A stretch of 64,000 nt of DNA from the NCBI GenBank assembly GCA_951406725.2, contig OX597819.1:43152001-43216000 (forward strand), written 5' to 3'. The position numbers and the translations under genes were made by a program. The stretch's first letter is position 1. Each line of letters opens with the position of its first letter. The notes beneath the pieces were generated by a model. That model saw nothing but the letters and a program-made list of their open reading frames with translations, did no database searches and was not told where the DNA came from. This document shows positions 28,184-41,800 of this stretch, one piece after another. The DNA is from Octopus vulgaris. Lineage: Eukaryota.

Positions 28184-28384
28184 GTTTATAAATTTGTTTT
28201 GCAAGAATCTTGATGTGAATTTGTGTGTTGAAACAGATTGTATTTGGGGATGGTCATGTTGCCAGTTTAGCCAATGAAAACACACACGCACTATATATTT
28301 GGTGTTTACTTGCTTCAGCTTTATTTTTTATTAATTGTATTTCGGCCAGAGTTCTTTCATCACACTTATATATGTATTATGTGT

Positions 28385-28605
28385 GTAAGTGTGTGTGTCT
28401 TTGTCCTCCCCATCGTCATCACTTGACAACTGGTGTTAGTGCGTTTATGTCCCTGTAACTAAATGGTTCAGCAAAGAAACCAATAGTATAAGTACCAGGC
28501 TTAAAAATAAGTCCTGGGGTTGACGTGTTTGACAAAAAACACTTCAAGGCTGTGCTCCAGCATGGCCGCAGTCGAATGACTGAAACAAGTAAAAGAATAA
28601 AAGAA
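28385..28605 (+). mobile_element. SINE family A, 3' half
   Basis: cttgacaactggtg...aataagtcctggggt...gctccagcatggccgcagtc.aatgactgaaacaagtaaaag. Confidence 0.8.
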
Positions 28606-28942
28606 CGTGTGTACCACCTTCATCTTTGGACTATTGCCAGAGTATATATTTCTCTCTTCATTAAGGAGCAGAATATTTTTCATTCATCCTTATTGTTATC
28701 ATCATCATCATCATCATCATAATGCCCCCTTTTCAATGTCTCGACATTGCACTTAATTGTAAACAAATGTAACCATCATACAAAAGGTGTTGGATTTTGG
28801 CCATCTCCTGTGAAAATATGTTCTGACAAGACTAGCAGAAAATACTGTCTTGCTTGGACTGGAAACAGGTGAGGGCTGGCTACGAGAAGAGCATTAGGTC
28901 ATAGGAAATGTGCCTCAATAAATTTTATCTGTGCCATACAAG

Positions 28943-29113
28943 CAGTACCATTTGAAGACATGGGCATACAGGGCACTTGCCTGGGGGCCTCATGAATCTT
29001 AGAGGCCTAACTCTAAACTATGTATGCTTTGGTTTGTTATCAATAAATAAATATGGTAAAGCCCAATGCAGTGACTTGTCCATGGGCCTATAAATGTGGC
29101 TAAGACAGGCCTG
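28943..29113. mobile_element. Degenerate hAT-like MITE inserted in an RTE-like tail
   Basis: Ends cag...aagacatgggc and taagacaggcctg, with internal gggcc/ggggcc motifs typical of hAT-derived MITEs. No clean TSD. Confidence 0.4.
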
Positions 29114-29679
29114 CGTGTGAACATAAGAAAACAAACATTAAAATGATAATAACGAAGACAACGAAACACATTGATTCATACACCAAATTAATTCAACGAC
29201 TTTTACCAATGACTTCTGATAAATAACTATAAATCTATTATTATAGTATAGACTTTCTTTATATTAACAACCTTAATAACGGAAAAACTTACAATTTAAA
29301 AAGATATATGCTTTTAAATGGTATTTAAAAACCGTTTTCTTCTTTCTTTTCTTTTAAAGCTAGCATTAACAACAATATAAAATATAGAAACAGAGACTTA
29401 TTAGCAAATCTATAAATAAACTAATTGATAGACATACAAAAGTATTTAAAAGATCAAGGGGAAAAAATAACAACAACAATAAGCAATAAATTTAATACAA
29501 CTTCTCACAACATCATTTTCTGGTTTAATCAAATAATCTTCTAATATGAAACTGATGATTCTATTTAAGATTCATTAATCAAATGATAAATGTTGATACT
29601 TAAATGATAAATTAGCTTTAGGACTTAGCTGAAGTTAATAATAATAATAATAATAACAACAACAATAATAATAATAATA

Positions 29680-30023
<344 letters not shown>

Positions 30024-30167
30024 CAACACCAGTGTCCAGCACTTCTTTCATCAACCCTGAATGGAAGAAAGATAATGTCAACCTCAGTAGAACAACTCAG
30101 AACAGTGACAACAACAACAACTAACAATTCTGCCAGCTTCGCCACTTAACAATAATAATAAGAATAA

Positions 30168-30550
30168 TCCTTTCTACTGGAGGCACAACGCCTCAAATTT
30201 GGAGAGAGGGGATTAGTTGATTATATTGACCCCAGTGTCCAGCTGGTACTTAATTTATTGACCCCAAAAGGATGAAAAGCAAAGTTGACCTCGGCGGAAT
30301 TTGAACTCAGAACGTAGCAACAGGTGAAATAAAACTAAGCATTTCATCTGGCATGCTAATAGTCTGCCAGCTCACTGCCTTAAAAATAATGGATTTCAAA
30401 TTTTGGCACAAGGCCACCAAGTTTGGGTGAGGGGTAAGTCAATTTCATCGACCCCTAGCGTTCAACTGCACTTATTTTATTGACCTCGGCGGGATTTGAA
30501 CTCAGAATGTAGCTCATTTTGTCTGGTGTGCTAACAGTCCTGCCAGCTCC
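30168..30550 (-). mobile_element. Tandem SINE family B copies
   Basis: Full copy 30168-30381 and a deleted copy 30392-30550, separated by AAT repeats. Confidence 0.8.
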
Positions 30551-30787
30551 ACTAGCTTGGAGCTTGGAACAAATATTGCAGAGCATTTTGTCTAATTCTG
30601 TAGTAAACATTGCTATGAAGTAAATGACTAAAACTGATGCAGGGTACCTAGAATAGGTACCCTGCATCACTAGATGTCATGAAAGGTGATTAAAAGAGCT
30701 GGTGCCAAGAAAGACATTGATCTGACATTAAAGCATTAACTCGGAAAGGTTTGCCCTACCCATGCCAGTACAACAAAATCAGCACAA

Positions 30788-30852
<65 letters not shown>

Positions 30853-30854
<2 letters not shown>

Positions 30855-31365
30855 TAGAGATAAAACCACTATTATGTAATTCAACAACAATAATAATATT
30901 ATTATTGTGAAATTTGATTTAATACTAAATTGAATTTTTCCCTGTAAGTTTGGAGTTATACTCCCTAATATCATTTTATATATATTTGGAGTGTTTAGAG
31001 AGAAGATTTTTTCTCAAAGAGTTACGGTTGGGAAAAGAACCTTTTTAGAAAGTCAAAAGGCTCTAACCTTTGGGAAGAGATTTCGCAAAATGTGTGTGAC
31101 TTTTGCTTTTATAGATGTGCAAACACTTTTAGTCCTTAGCATTTTCAAGCACGTGTTATTAGATATAGTGAAAGTTGTTTTCAGTAAAATTGTTGTTGAC
31201 TATTTCCGGTTTAGCTTCGGACTCAGAAATCTTATGAAATATTCTTTTGCCTTCTGGAGGTCATTCTCTTCCCTTTCCATAAAAAGTCGAAAGGTTAGTG
31301 CCTTTCAACTGTCTAAAAAGGTTCTTTTCTCAATCTTATCTCTTTGAAAAAAAATATCTTCTCTC

Positions 31366-31375
<10 letters not shown>
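30853..31375 (-). mobile_element. Penelope-like retroelement remnant with an inverted ~90-bp repeat
   Basis: Minus strand 31200-31280 encodes MEREENDLQKAKEYFIRFLSPKLNRK*, resembling the GIY-YIG C-terminus (KExxFIxxxxPxLN). Inverted repeat at about 30980-31073 versus 31288-31375. Flanked by (TA)n. Confidence 0.65.
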
Positions 31376-31412
<37 letters not shown>

Positions 31413-32420
31413 GACACACACACACGTGTGGATATATATACATACATATAAGTATGTATATATACATATATATGTATTTATGTGTGAGTATGTATATATA
31501 TATATTTGGTGGGAAGGGGAACCAAGTTCAAAGAACTCAAAGATAAGTCTGAGAGTGAACAAACATTTTTTGTATGTTTATATATATATATATATAATAT
31601 TAACAGACACAATGGACTATTTCAAACCCTCTCCATATTAATTAAATACTGGATATCATTTAGTCATTGTTAATTTACTGTTTTTAAGCTGATAGATATT
31701 TTGGTTATTCTCATAGAATTGAAACATTTCTGGAGTAAAACAATTAAGGAAAACAACATCAGACATCAATGATGTGTTAAAATGTTCATCCTCAGGAATA
31801 GATCGAAGAAACAACATTAAAAAAAAATATTACATATACATAAATATTACCCCACCCCCACCCCAAAAAAACACAAGGATAGATACAGCTTAAAGACTAT
31901 TAACAGTAGAATTAAGATAATGAAATTCAAACCACAGACAAAACCACATACAAAAGGAACTGAACTGGAAAATAAAACGTATCAAATCTTTCATTAAATT
32001 TCCTATCAAATAAATTGCATGAAATTAAAAGAGATGATGATATAAGGTAATAATAATAATAATAATAAATCAATGCTAGAGATTATACCCCAGAATGTGT
32101 ACTATTAATAGGAACTATGACACTTGAGGAAATGAGAACATAGGTAAAATTGATGTTTTAATTTCCCTTGCAATCATTCCAAAATAATTCAATTTTTTTT
32201 TTTTTTTTTTTCCCTTCTCAAAATCAAAACGCTAGTAATGTTAGCGTGAAATGTGTTCAAGAAAAGTGTGTGTGTTAGTGTTTGCGAATTCAATAAAACA
32301 CTGTTGCGTTTCTCCACTGTAAACAAACTAATGTGAAACATTTAACAGCTCCACAGATGGCAAAGCGAAGTGCATAACACATTCTTCCATTTATTCCATC
32401 ACCACCCCTACATCTCTCTT

Positions 32421-32479
<59 letters not shown>

Positions 32480-33185
32480 ATCTTTTACATTTAAATTAAG
32501 CAGGCCTGCTAGGAATTAGCTAAAGATCCACTCTTGGTGAGTTCTTATTTTTATTAAGGTCATGAGGTTTAATATGAACACCAACAAAGAAAGACAGAAA
32601 CTAGAAAGAAGAAAACAGAATAATAAACATTATATCTGCTAGCAAGTTGGCATAAGCTGTTTATTTTATGTCTGCTTGAGAAGATTAGTTGGGGCTGATT
32701 ATGACTCAATAATGCTGCTGCTTCTTACAGTCTGAAAAGGGTGGATGGGCGTATGGGGGTGAGAAAGAATGAAGAGGGTCCTAGGAACAATACATCGAGG
32801 TCTGCAAAGGAAAAAATAAAATAAAATAAAATAAAATAAGGAATTCCCTTCTCTCTTCTGTCATCTATCTAACACTGAATAAGAACTTAAGTATAATTTT
32901 GAATTAGGTTTATAAACTGATTACAAGTTAATGAGCCAAAGAAACAGAAAGACTTCAGCCAAAGGAAAGAGCAACAGTGGATAAAAGAGGCAGACATGAA
33001 TTATAGCTTTTAACTTGCTCATGTGTAGAAATCAGATAACCTGAGCCAGAAATAAATGAACATTTTTCTCAAGCACAATTCCTTGCCAAGTAATTTCCAA
33101 ATGAAATTATGATATTTTGTAAAATGAATAAATGGCAGGAGGAATAAAAAAAAAACAACAGCAAAGACAATATAGACACATACAA

Positions 33186-33238
<53 letters not shown>

Positions 33239-33909
33239 TGATTGTATTCATAAGGCTCTTTTAATGTTTATTTTTCAAACGAAAGTTATTGAAGTGGTTT
33301 TTGTTCAACAGGCAGATCAATAAATGAGCTTTCAGTTTTGGTGTCAGTAAAATAGGAAGATCTGAAGAATTGTCTTATTACAATGATTCCACATTGTTAT
33401 AGACACTGGCATGGAGCCGAATAGACTGATCAAATAAAAATTATAACATCTATTTATTTTTGCTGCGATGAAAGAAAGTAGCCAACCTCTTGTGGAAGAT
33501 AAATTTACTCAACAAACTGCAATAATACAATTGTTTAAAACACTTATGTCCTTTTGAAATTCTGCTTTTCCTCAGTTTAGAACAGATATAATTTGTAGAT
33601 CAGTCAAAACAAAACAAAAGAAAGCAAAAAGAAAAAAAAATATATATATATATATATAAAAATTTAGCTGAGCTAAGATTTGCTGTGTGTGGATGTGTGT
33701 TAGTTTTGTGCGTATGTTTTACCTTGCGAACTGAAACTATGTCAAGAGGGTTATTGAGCAAGGGGGTTATTAAATTTATCTTCTTTCATTAATTCAATGG
33801 ATAACTTGACACTATAAAGATAAAACAGCAACACTGGGCCAAGGCTGTTTGTAGTGTAATGTGGTGAGAATTATTGTCTGGAGTACCTCACACACACACA
33901 CACACACAC

Positions 33910-34200
33910 ATTCTTTTACTTGTTTTAGTCAGTTGACTGTAGCCATGCTGGAGCACTGCCTTAAATGTTTTTTTTTAGTTGAAGAAATTGACCCCCCGGG
34001 ACTTATTCTTTGTAAGCCTAGTACATATTATATCAGTCTATTTTGCTGAACTGCTAGGTTACAGGGACCCCGGGACTTATTCTTTGTAAGCCGAGTAAAT
34101 ATTATAGCAGTCTATTTTGCTGAACCGCTAGGTTACACGAACACCAGTTGTCAAGCGATTTATGGGAGGGGGGAGGGTGCAAACATAGACACACACACAC
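33910..34200 (-). mobile_element. SINE family A, 3' half with an internal ~75-bp tandem duplication
   Basis: cccgggacttattctttgtaagcc.agta.atattata.cagtctattttgctgaac.gctaggttaca occurs twice. Confidence 0.8.
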
Positions 34201-35511
34201 ACACACATAAATATATGATAGGTGGTGGCGGTGGTAACAGCAACAGTATACTAAACTAACATGGAAGCAAACTCTCTATATCCATCATACACAAAGTTCC
34301 AATATATCTACAAGCAATGTAGATGCTGAGAAAAACTTTGAATTGTTAATTCAATTCATTAAATCTGGAATTCTTACAATTGACATAAATAAATAATAAT
34401 TATTAGAGTAATTAGTTTAATAACCATCATAATTATTTCCAATTATTATTAGAAGAACATGCTACAAATAAGAAATTATTTTCATTCACACACTCAGTGG
34501 TTTACAGCTGGATGCCCTTCCTGGAATTAACTCTTGATTTCTAAGTAAGGAGTCTCTAATTCCGTATAGCTTTGAAGGCATAAAATGACCAGAAGATATG
34601 TTGATAGGAGACCTGACCAGAACAATATTGCCCATTCTTTTATTCTTTTACTTATTTTAGTCCTTTGACTGCGACCATGCTAGAACACCACCTTAAATGG
34701 TTTTAGTCAAAGAAATTGACCTTAAGACTTATTCTTTGTAAGCATAGTACTTATTCTATCGGCCCCTTTTGCCGAACCTCTAACTTACACTTAAATAAAC
34801 ACACCAGCATCGGTTGTCAGATGATGGCAGGGGGACTGGGCCTGGTGCAGCCTCCTGGCTTCCCAGATCCCAGTTGAACTGTCCAACCCATGCTAGCATG
34901 GAAAGCGGATGTTAAACGATGATGATGATCATCATCATCATAATGAACGGGCTCCTTTCAGTTTCCGCTTACCAACGGCACTCATATGGCTTTGGTCAGC
35001 CCAAGGCTGAAGTAGAAGACACATGCTCAATGTGCCATGTGGTTGGGAAACAAGCTTCTTACCACACAGCCACGCTGCACTTATATTAATAACTTTCTTT
35101 CATGTAAGTGATCACAGATGCAAACAAACCCACAAACAAACATGCATGCACACACAATGGCCTTCTTTTCATTTCTGCCTACCAAATCTACTCACAAGGC
35201 TTTGGTTAGTTCACAGCTATAGTAGAAGGGACTTACCCAAGATGTAATGTAGTGGGACAAGGAATTTGTTGTTCCACATGGCTTCAAAAGCCTAAAGTGA
35301 ACAGACAGTTTGTTGAAAGGAAAACTGACAACAATACTGCTCATCATAAACTGCTTCCAGACAAGCAATCACAGTTATACACAAACACAGAAGACATGCA
35401 TACATCCATAGGATGATCGTCTTCCAGTTTTTGCCCACCAAATCCCATCTACACAAAGGGCTTTGGTCAGTCCAGGGTGATAGTAGAGGACACTTGTGGT
35501 CCTTTGCTATT

Positions 35512-35791
35512 CATAAGACCAGCAGAAGAGAAAGCAGGTCAACCCCCTGACACGAAGAGCATCGCCGGATGGATGAATGCGCATCCAGGCTCAGCGGTTG
35601 CGTAGGAAGTCGGGTACAAGAAACAGGAAGAAAGAGTGAGAGAAAGTTGGAGCGGAAAGAGTACAACAGGGGTCGCCACCACCCCCTACCGGAGCCATGT
35701 GGAGCTTTTAGGTGTTTTCGCTCAATAAACACACACAATGCCTGAATTGAAACCTCAATCCTCTGACCGCGAGTCTGCTGCCCTAACCACT
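35512..35791 (-). mobile_element. tRNA(Arg-like)-derived SINE, family D, nested in a family A fragment
   Basis: Reverse head agtggttagggcagcagactcgcggtcagagg..gaggtttcaatt followed by gtttattgagcgaaaacacctaaa. The family A sequence resumes after 35791. Confidence 0.7.
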
Positions 35792-35886
35792 TGCTGAAGG
35801 TGTTGCACAATGGGACTGAAACTGAAATCCACAAGTTTGTGAAGCGAACTTCTTAACCATACAGCTATGCTTGCATGTGTGTGTGC

Positions 35887-35926
<40 letters not shown>

Positions 35927-36309
35927 AAGTGTGTTCCCGTCCTTCTGTCCTTCTGAGTCCTCTGCAGATTTCAGCAATAGGTACACATTTGTTTAATCAA
36001 CTGAATGGCCAGCTCGTCGAATTTGGACTTTTGAAGCAGCTTGATGTTCCACAGAGATGCACATGCACTTTATGCTCCTTTGTTAGAGAAGCTACAGGAT
36101 ACACTGTATGGACAAGTTGAACCTTGAATTTACAAGAGAAGCGGTGGGGAAGAGGAGGAATCACAAGAAAGCAATGCAGAATGATGTCCAATCAGTAAAT
36201 AACAACAACAACAAAAATTCATTGGTTTTCACGTATTTTATGTGGTGGAAGGAAGGGATAAAACTAAAAATTGTTTGTAAGGTAGATAGTCAATGATGAT
36301 GATGATGAT

Positions 36310-36707
36310 GGTTTCAAAGGGCAGACATTTTTGGGGGAGGGGATAAGTCAATTACATGGACACCAGTGTTTCGCTGGTACTTAATTTACTGACCCCAAAA
36401 GGATGAAAAGCAAAGTTGACCTCAGCGAAATTTGAACTCAGAACAGGTGAAATTCCGCTAAGCATTTCGTCCAGCTCATCGCTTTAATAATAATCCTTTC
36501 GACTGAAGACACAAGGCCTGAAATTTGAAGGGAGGTAACTAGTTGATTACATTGACCCCAGTGTTTCACTGGTACTTAATCTATTGACTCTGAAAGGATG
36601 AAAGGCAAAAACCGACCTCAACAGAATCTGAACTTAGAATGTAAAGACAGACAAAATGCCGTTAAACATTTTGACTGGCATGCTAACAATTCTGCCAGCT
36701 TACTGCC

Positions 36708-36758
<51 letters not shown>

Positions 36759-37010
36759 TATAATAATAATAATAATAATAATTATGTATTTGTCTGAATA
36801 TAATACATAAATAATAATAATAATAATAGTTTCAAATTTTGGCACAAGGCCAGCAAGTTTGGGGGAAGGGATAAGTTGATTATGCTGACCCCGAAAAAAA
36901 TGAGAAGTGAAGTTGACGTCAGTAGAATTTGAACCCAGAATGTCAAGGCAGACAAAATGCTGCTAAACATTTTGCCTGGCTTGCTAACAATTCTGCCAGC
37001 TCATTACCTT
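36310..37010 (-). mobile_element. Three head-to-tail SINE family B copies separated by (AAT)n
   Basis: Copies at about 36310-36485, 36493-36710 and 36828-37010. Confidence 0.8.
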
Positions 37011-40000
37011 AATAATAATAGTAAGAAGAACAACAACAACAACAATATAAACAATAACTTTTAATGAGATGAATACCCCTTTTTTTGTTTTTTGCTTTTG
37101 TTTTGTTTTGTTTTTTTTTGCACAGAGAATGTATAGAACAAAAAATATTTTAAATAATTTGAAGAAAAAGATACTGACATGTTTCAACACCATGACAAAA
37201 TTGCTAGCTAACATATCATCATCACCACCACCACCACCACCACCAACACACCATTACTATCAGCTAAAACACACATACAAACTAATGAGAGGCACTAGAA
37301 ATAGCAGTAAAATCTGTTTTCTCACAAAAAAAAAAAAATAACGAAGGATCCTGCAGATAATTTCAGCCAAGCTAGATTAAAAACTATAGCTTAGGTTATA
37401 AGACAGCTAGCTCAAAGGTGACTTAAAGCAAAATGACAACAACTAAACATAATGTACGAATGGACAAAGAATTATCATTGTTTAAGCAAAGGCCAGCCAC
37501 GACACAAAAACCTATGATGAAAAGCATTCTGTTTAACCCTAACCATTGCAGTTTTCTCTCTCTTCCCCACACTAAGTACATCTAGAAACAAGCTTACCTA
37601 ATAATGTGTCTCTTTTCTTTAAGATACTAAAATTGTATCTGAGGGTGACAGGGCTGCTATTTCAAGCAGGTCAAGAAACCACATAGAGGCTTCTTTGGTG
37701 TTTTGTGTACGGTGACTTGTTTCATTTGCTTGTCATTTTGAACAGCATGAAAGTAGAGCTAAGTGGACCCCAAGAAGACCAAGAGACCAAAAGATGGAAG
37801 AGTTTGGAACAATGACTACTGGAATCGAATTGCAATATAAAGATTAAGATCCATGCACTGGGGGGGGGGGGTTTGATAAATTTATCATAGCTGCAGTTAA
37901 AACAATCAAACCAAATGAAATATGTGAACTGGAATTCGATATGAAGATTTGCTCAGTTTTTTTTTCCTCCCTAGAAAAACACTTCTTGTCCATTGCAACC
38001 AAAAAGGAACTTTTACACTGCATGCAGAACACAGCTATGTTCAGATCTGATTGCTGGATATAAAAGTGGTGGAACAACAGAACACAAGGTAGGTGCATGT
38101 GTGTGTATGTGTGTAGCGGGGGTGGGGGTGGATAGAGAATATGGCCAGAATAGGAGAGAGGTCATTGCTTAGAAAATCAAGAGAGAAAAAAACAAGAAAA
38201 TAATTTTTTTTTAATAAAATCAAAACAAAAAGGTAAAATATAAAAATCAGAAAAACAGAGGGGGTGGGAAATGGTAATATATAAATACACACACACACAG
38301 ACAGAGGCTATAAAACAAAAAAAAAATGAAATGTAGACAGAGACGAAAACTGTTTATACAGAGAAACATGTTTACATATGCAATGACTTCCTTCAAGAGG
38401 ATTTTAAAGCAATTATGGGTATAATCTAAATGTTAGAAAACTCAAGATGTCATAATAGAGTGTATAAACTTTTGCAACAGAGCAAATAAAACAACGTTGT
38501 GATTTAGCTGTATTTAGGAATGGTTCGTTTTAGTCATTATAACAAGTATAATTATTATCTTTTGTGAGCGTGTGTATATAAGTGTGTGTGTGTGTGTGTG
38601 TGAGTGAATGTATTTTTGCTTTACGTTTGTTCTTTTTGGGTTTTTCTGGGGGTTTTTTTCCCCCCTTTTTAAATCTTCCTTTCTTCCAAACATTGCCGGT
38701 AGAAGCATACTTAAGTAAAATAAATAAAAGTGCAAAAGAAGCATTTGTATGTGTGAATGGAAGTGTGTGCGTGTTTATATATTGTATCTATATTTGTGTA
38801 CATACAGACACACACACACACACGCGCGCAATTCATAGATAAACTTAAGATTTATAATTACATAATTATACTTATAAACAAACACACACACATACACAAT
38901 ATATATTCATTTATTCACAATGTATGTATGTGTGTGCATACGTATCTATATTCACATATAATCATATATATTTATATACATATATATAGATCATATCTAT
39001 ATACATATATACACACACACACAAATAATATATATATGTATGTGTGTGTATATATATATGTATATATATATGTGTGTGTATATATATATATATATATACA
39101 CACACACTCAAACACACACATACACATACATACACACTTAAGTGCAGTAAATATATACATATTCTAATCGCATAAATAAATTAAACCAAAGGAGAGAGCG
39201 GGAGAAAGAGAGAAATAAAATACAAAACAAATTAATAAATGGGGGAAGAAGAAAAAAACCCAATAAATAAACATAAACACAATCCTTCTAATATAGGAAA
39301 ATTATTTTTAAGAGTTGATGGTTAATGTTTCTCTGCTATTTGCTGATAGATGTTAATTTTATAAAGTTTTTCACAGAAGTTAATAAAATAAAAACCCCCG
39401 GAGCAGTAAGCAGATCAACAAATTAATTAAGATAATGCTGTTGTGTAGGTAAATTAAGGAAATTAGTTCTGATAAATTTCCCAAGTCAATTCATTTTCAA
39501 ATCTATATGGTAACCCCCCACCATACGGCACCATGCAGCAGCTGTGGTTGGTATCAACAAACAACCCTTTCGTTTATAAATCATTATCAGCGTTGTTTCA
39601 ACGTCTGCTTTTCCTTGATTGCGCATGTGTTCTGGAGAGACAGGGTCTACCGAGGCAAATTTCCAACAGCCAGATTGCCCTTCAAGTTGCTGGCCTTTAG
39701 CTGTTTCCAGTTAAGGGCTGGCAACACAAAAGTAACACATTCAATGTCAAGACAAGGACACATAAGGATTCACTACACACACACACACACACACAAACCC
39801 TGTTGATGTTGAAATTCCAAAGAAGGAGCCTTGAATCTAGGTTAGAGACCAGCTCTTTCTCTATTGGCAAGAAATCTTGAAATAAAACTGAATCACACAC
39901 ACATACATACACACACACACAATGGCATTCCTTCATTTCCCATCTACCAAATCTACTCACAAGGCTTTGGTCGGCCTGGAGGCTACAGCAGAAGACACTT

Positions 40001-40909
40001 GTGCCATGTGCTATGCAGGGAGAATGAACCTGAAATTATGTGGTTGGGAAGCAAATCTCTTAATCACACAACCCGGCCTGTGCCTCTCTCTCTCTCTATA
40101 TATATATATATCAATCATCTTCATCATCTTTTAATGTCTGCTTTCCCTGTTGATGTGGGTTGGACGGTTTGACTGAGGACTGGCAAGCCAGGAGGCTGCA
40201 CCAGGTTACAATCTGTTTGGGCAAGGTTTCTGCAGCTGGATGCCCTTCCTAATGCCAACCACTCTCAGAATGTAGCAGGTGCTTTTTACGTGCCATCAGC
40301 ACGGGTTCTAGTCCGGTGGCACTGGCAAGGAACATGCTCGAATGGTGCTTTTTACATGCCACTGGCACAAGAGCCAATCAGGCAGCACTGGCACATGCAG
40401 AGAGAGAGAGAGAGAGAGAGATCAGAACAAAGTTCTCATAATTCTGGAAAGGAACCCACAAAAATGTCTTATGATTGAAGTCACCTACTGAGCTGCTTAT
40501 ATTTGACATCAAATACAAGCATGAAATAACATCAAATATTAAGTGCAACAACTGCCCTCATCATTCTTCTATATTGTAAATAATGTTGTTTTTTTTCCTT
40601 TCTTTTCACTCCCCCTCCATGAACATGGTGATTAATTCACAGCACTAGTGAGTACCAATGAGTGCTCACCAACTGCTACGATACCAAATCATTAAGTCGT
40701 TCATATTTAAAATAAAACAACCAGAATTTCACTTTTATGCAAAAGTGTTGTGCAGCTAGCTAAACTTCTAGTACATTTATGCACCCACCACATTATGGAA
40801 ATGCAGTGTCCTTTAAAAATTTGCCACAAACATGGAATTCCCTAACACAGAGAGTGCCTAACGTTTCTAAGTAAGAAACTTTTGTCAAGTGCTCTTGTGT
40901 GTATGTGTT

Positions 40910-41800
<891 letters not shown>

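Noticed and set aside
36310-37010. CRISPR-like or prokaryotic repeat arrays
   Set aside because: Units are ~200-bp SINEs with microsatellite spacers in eukaryotic DNA; no cas genes.
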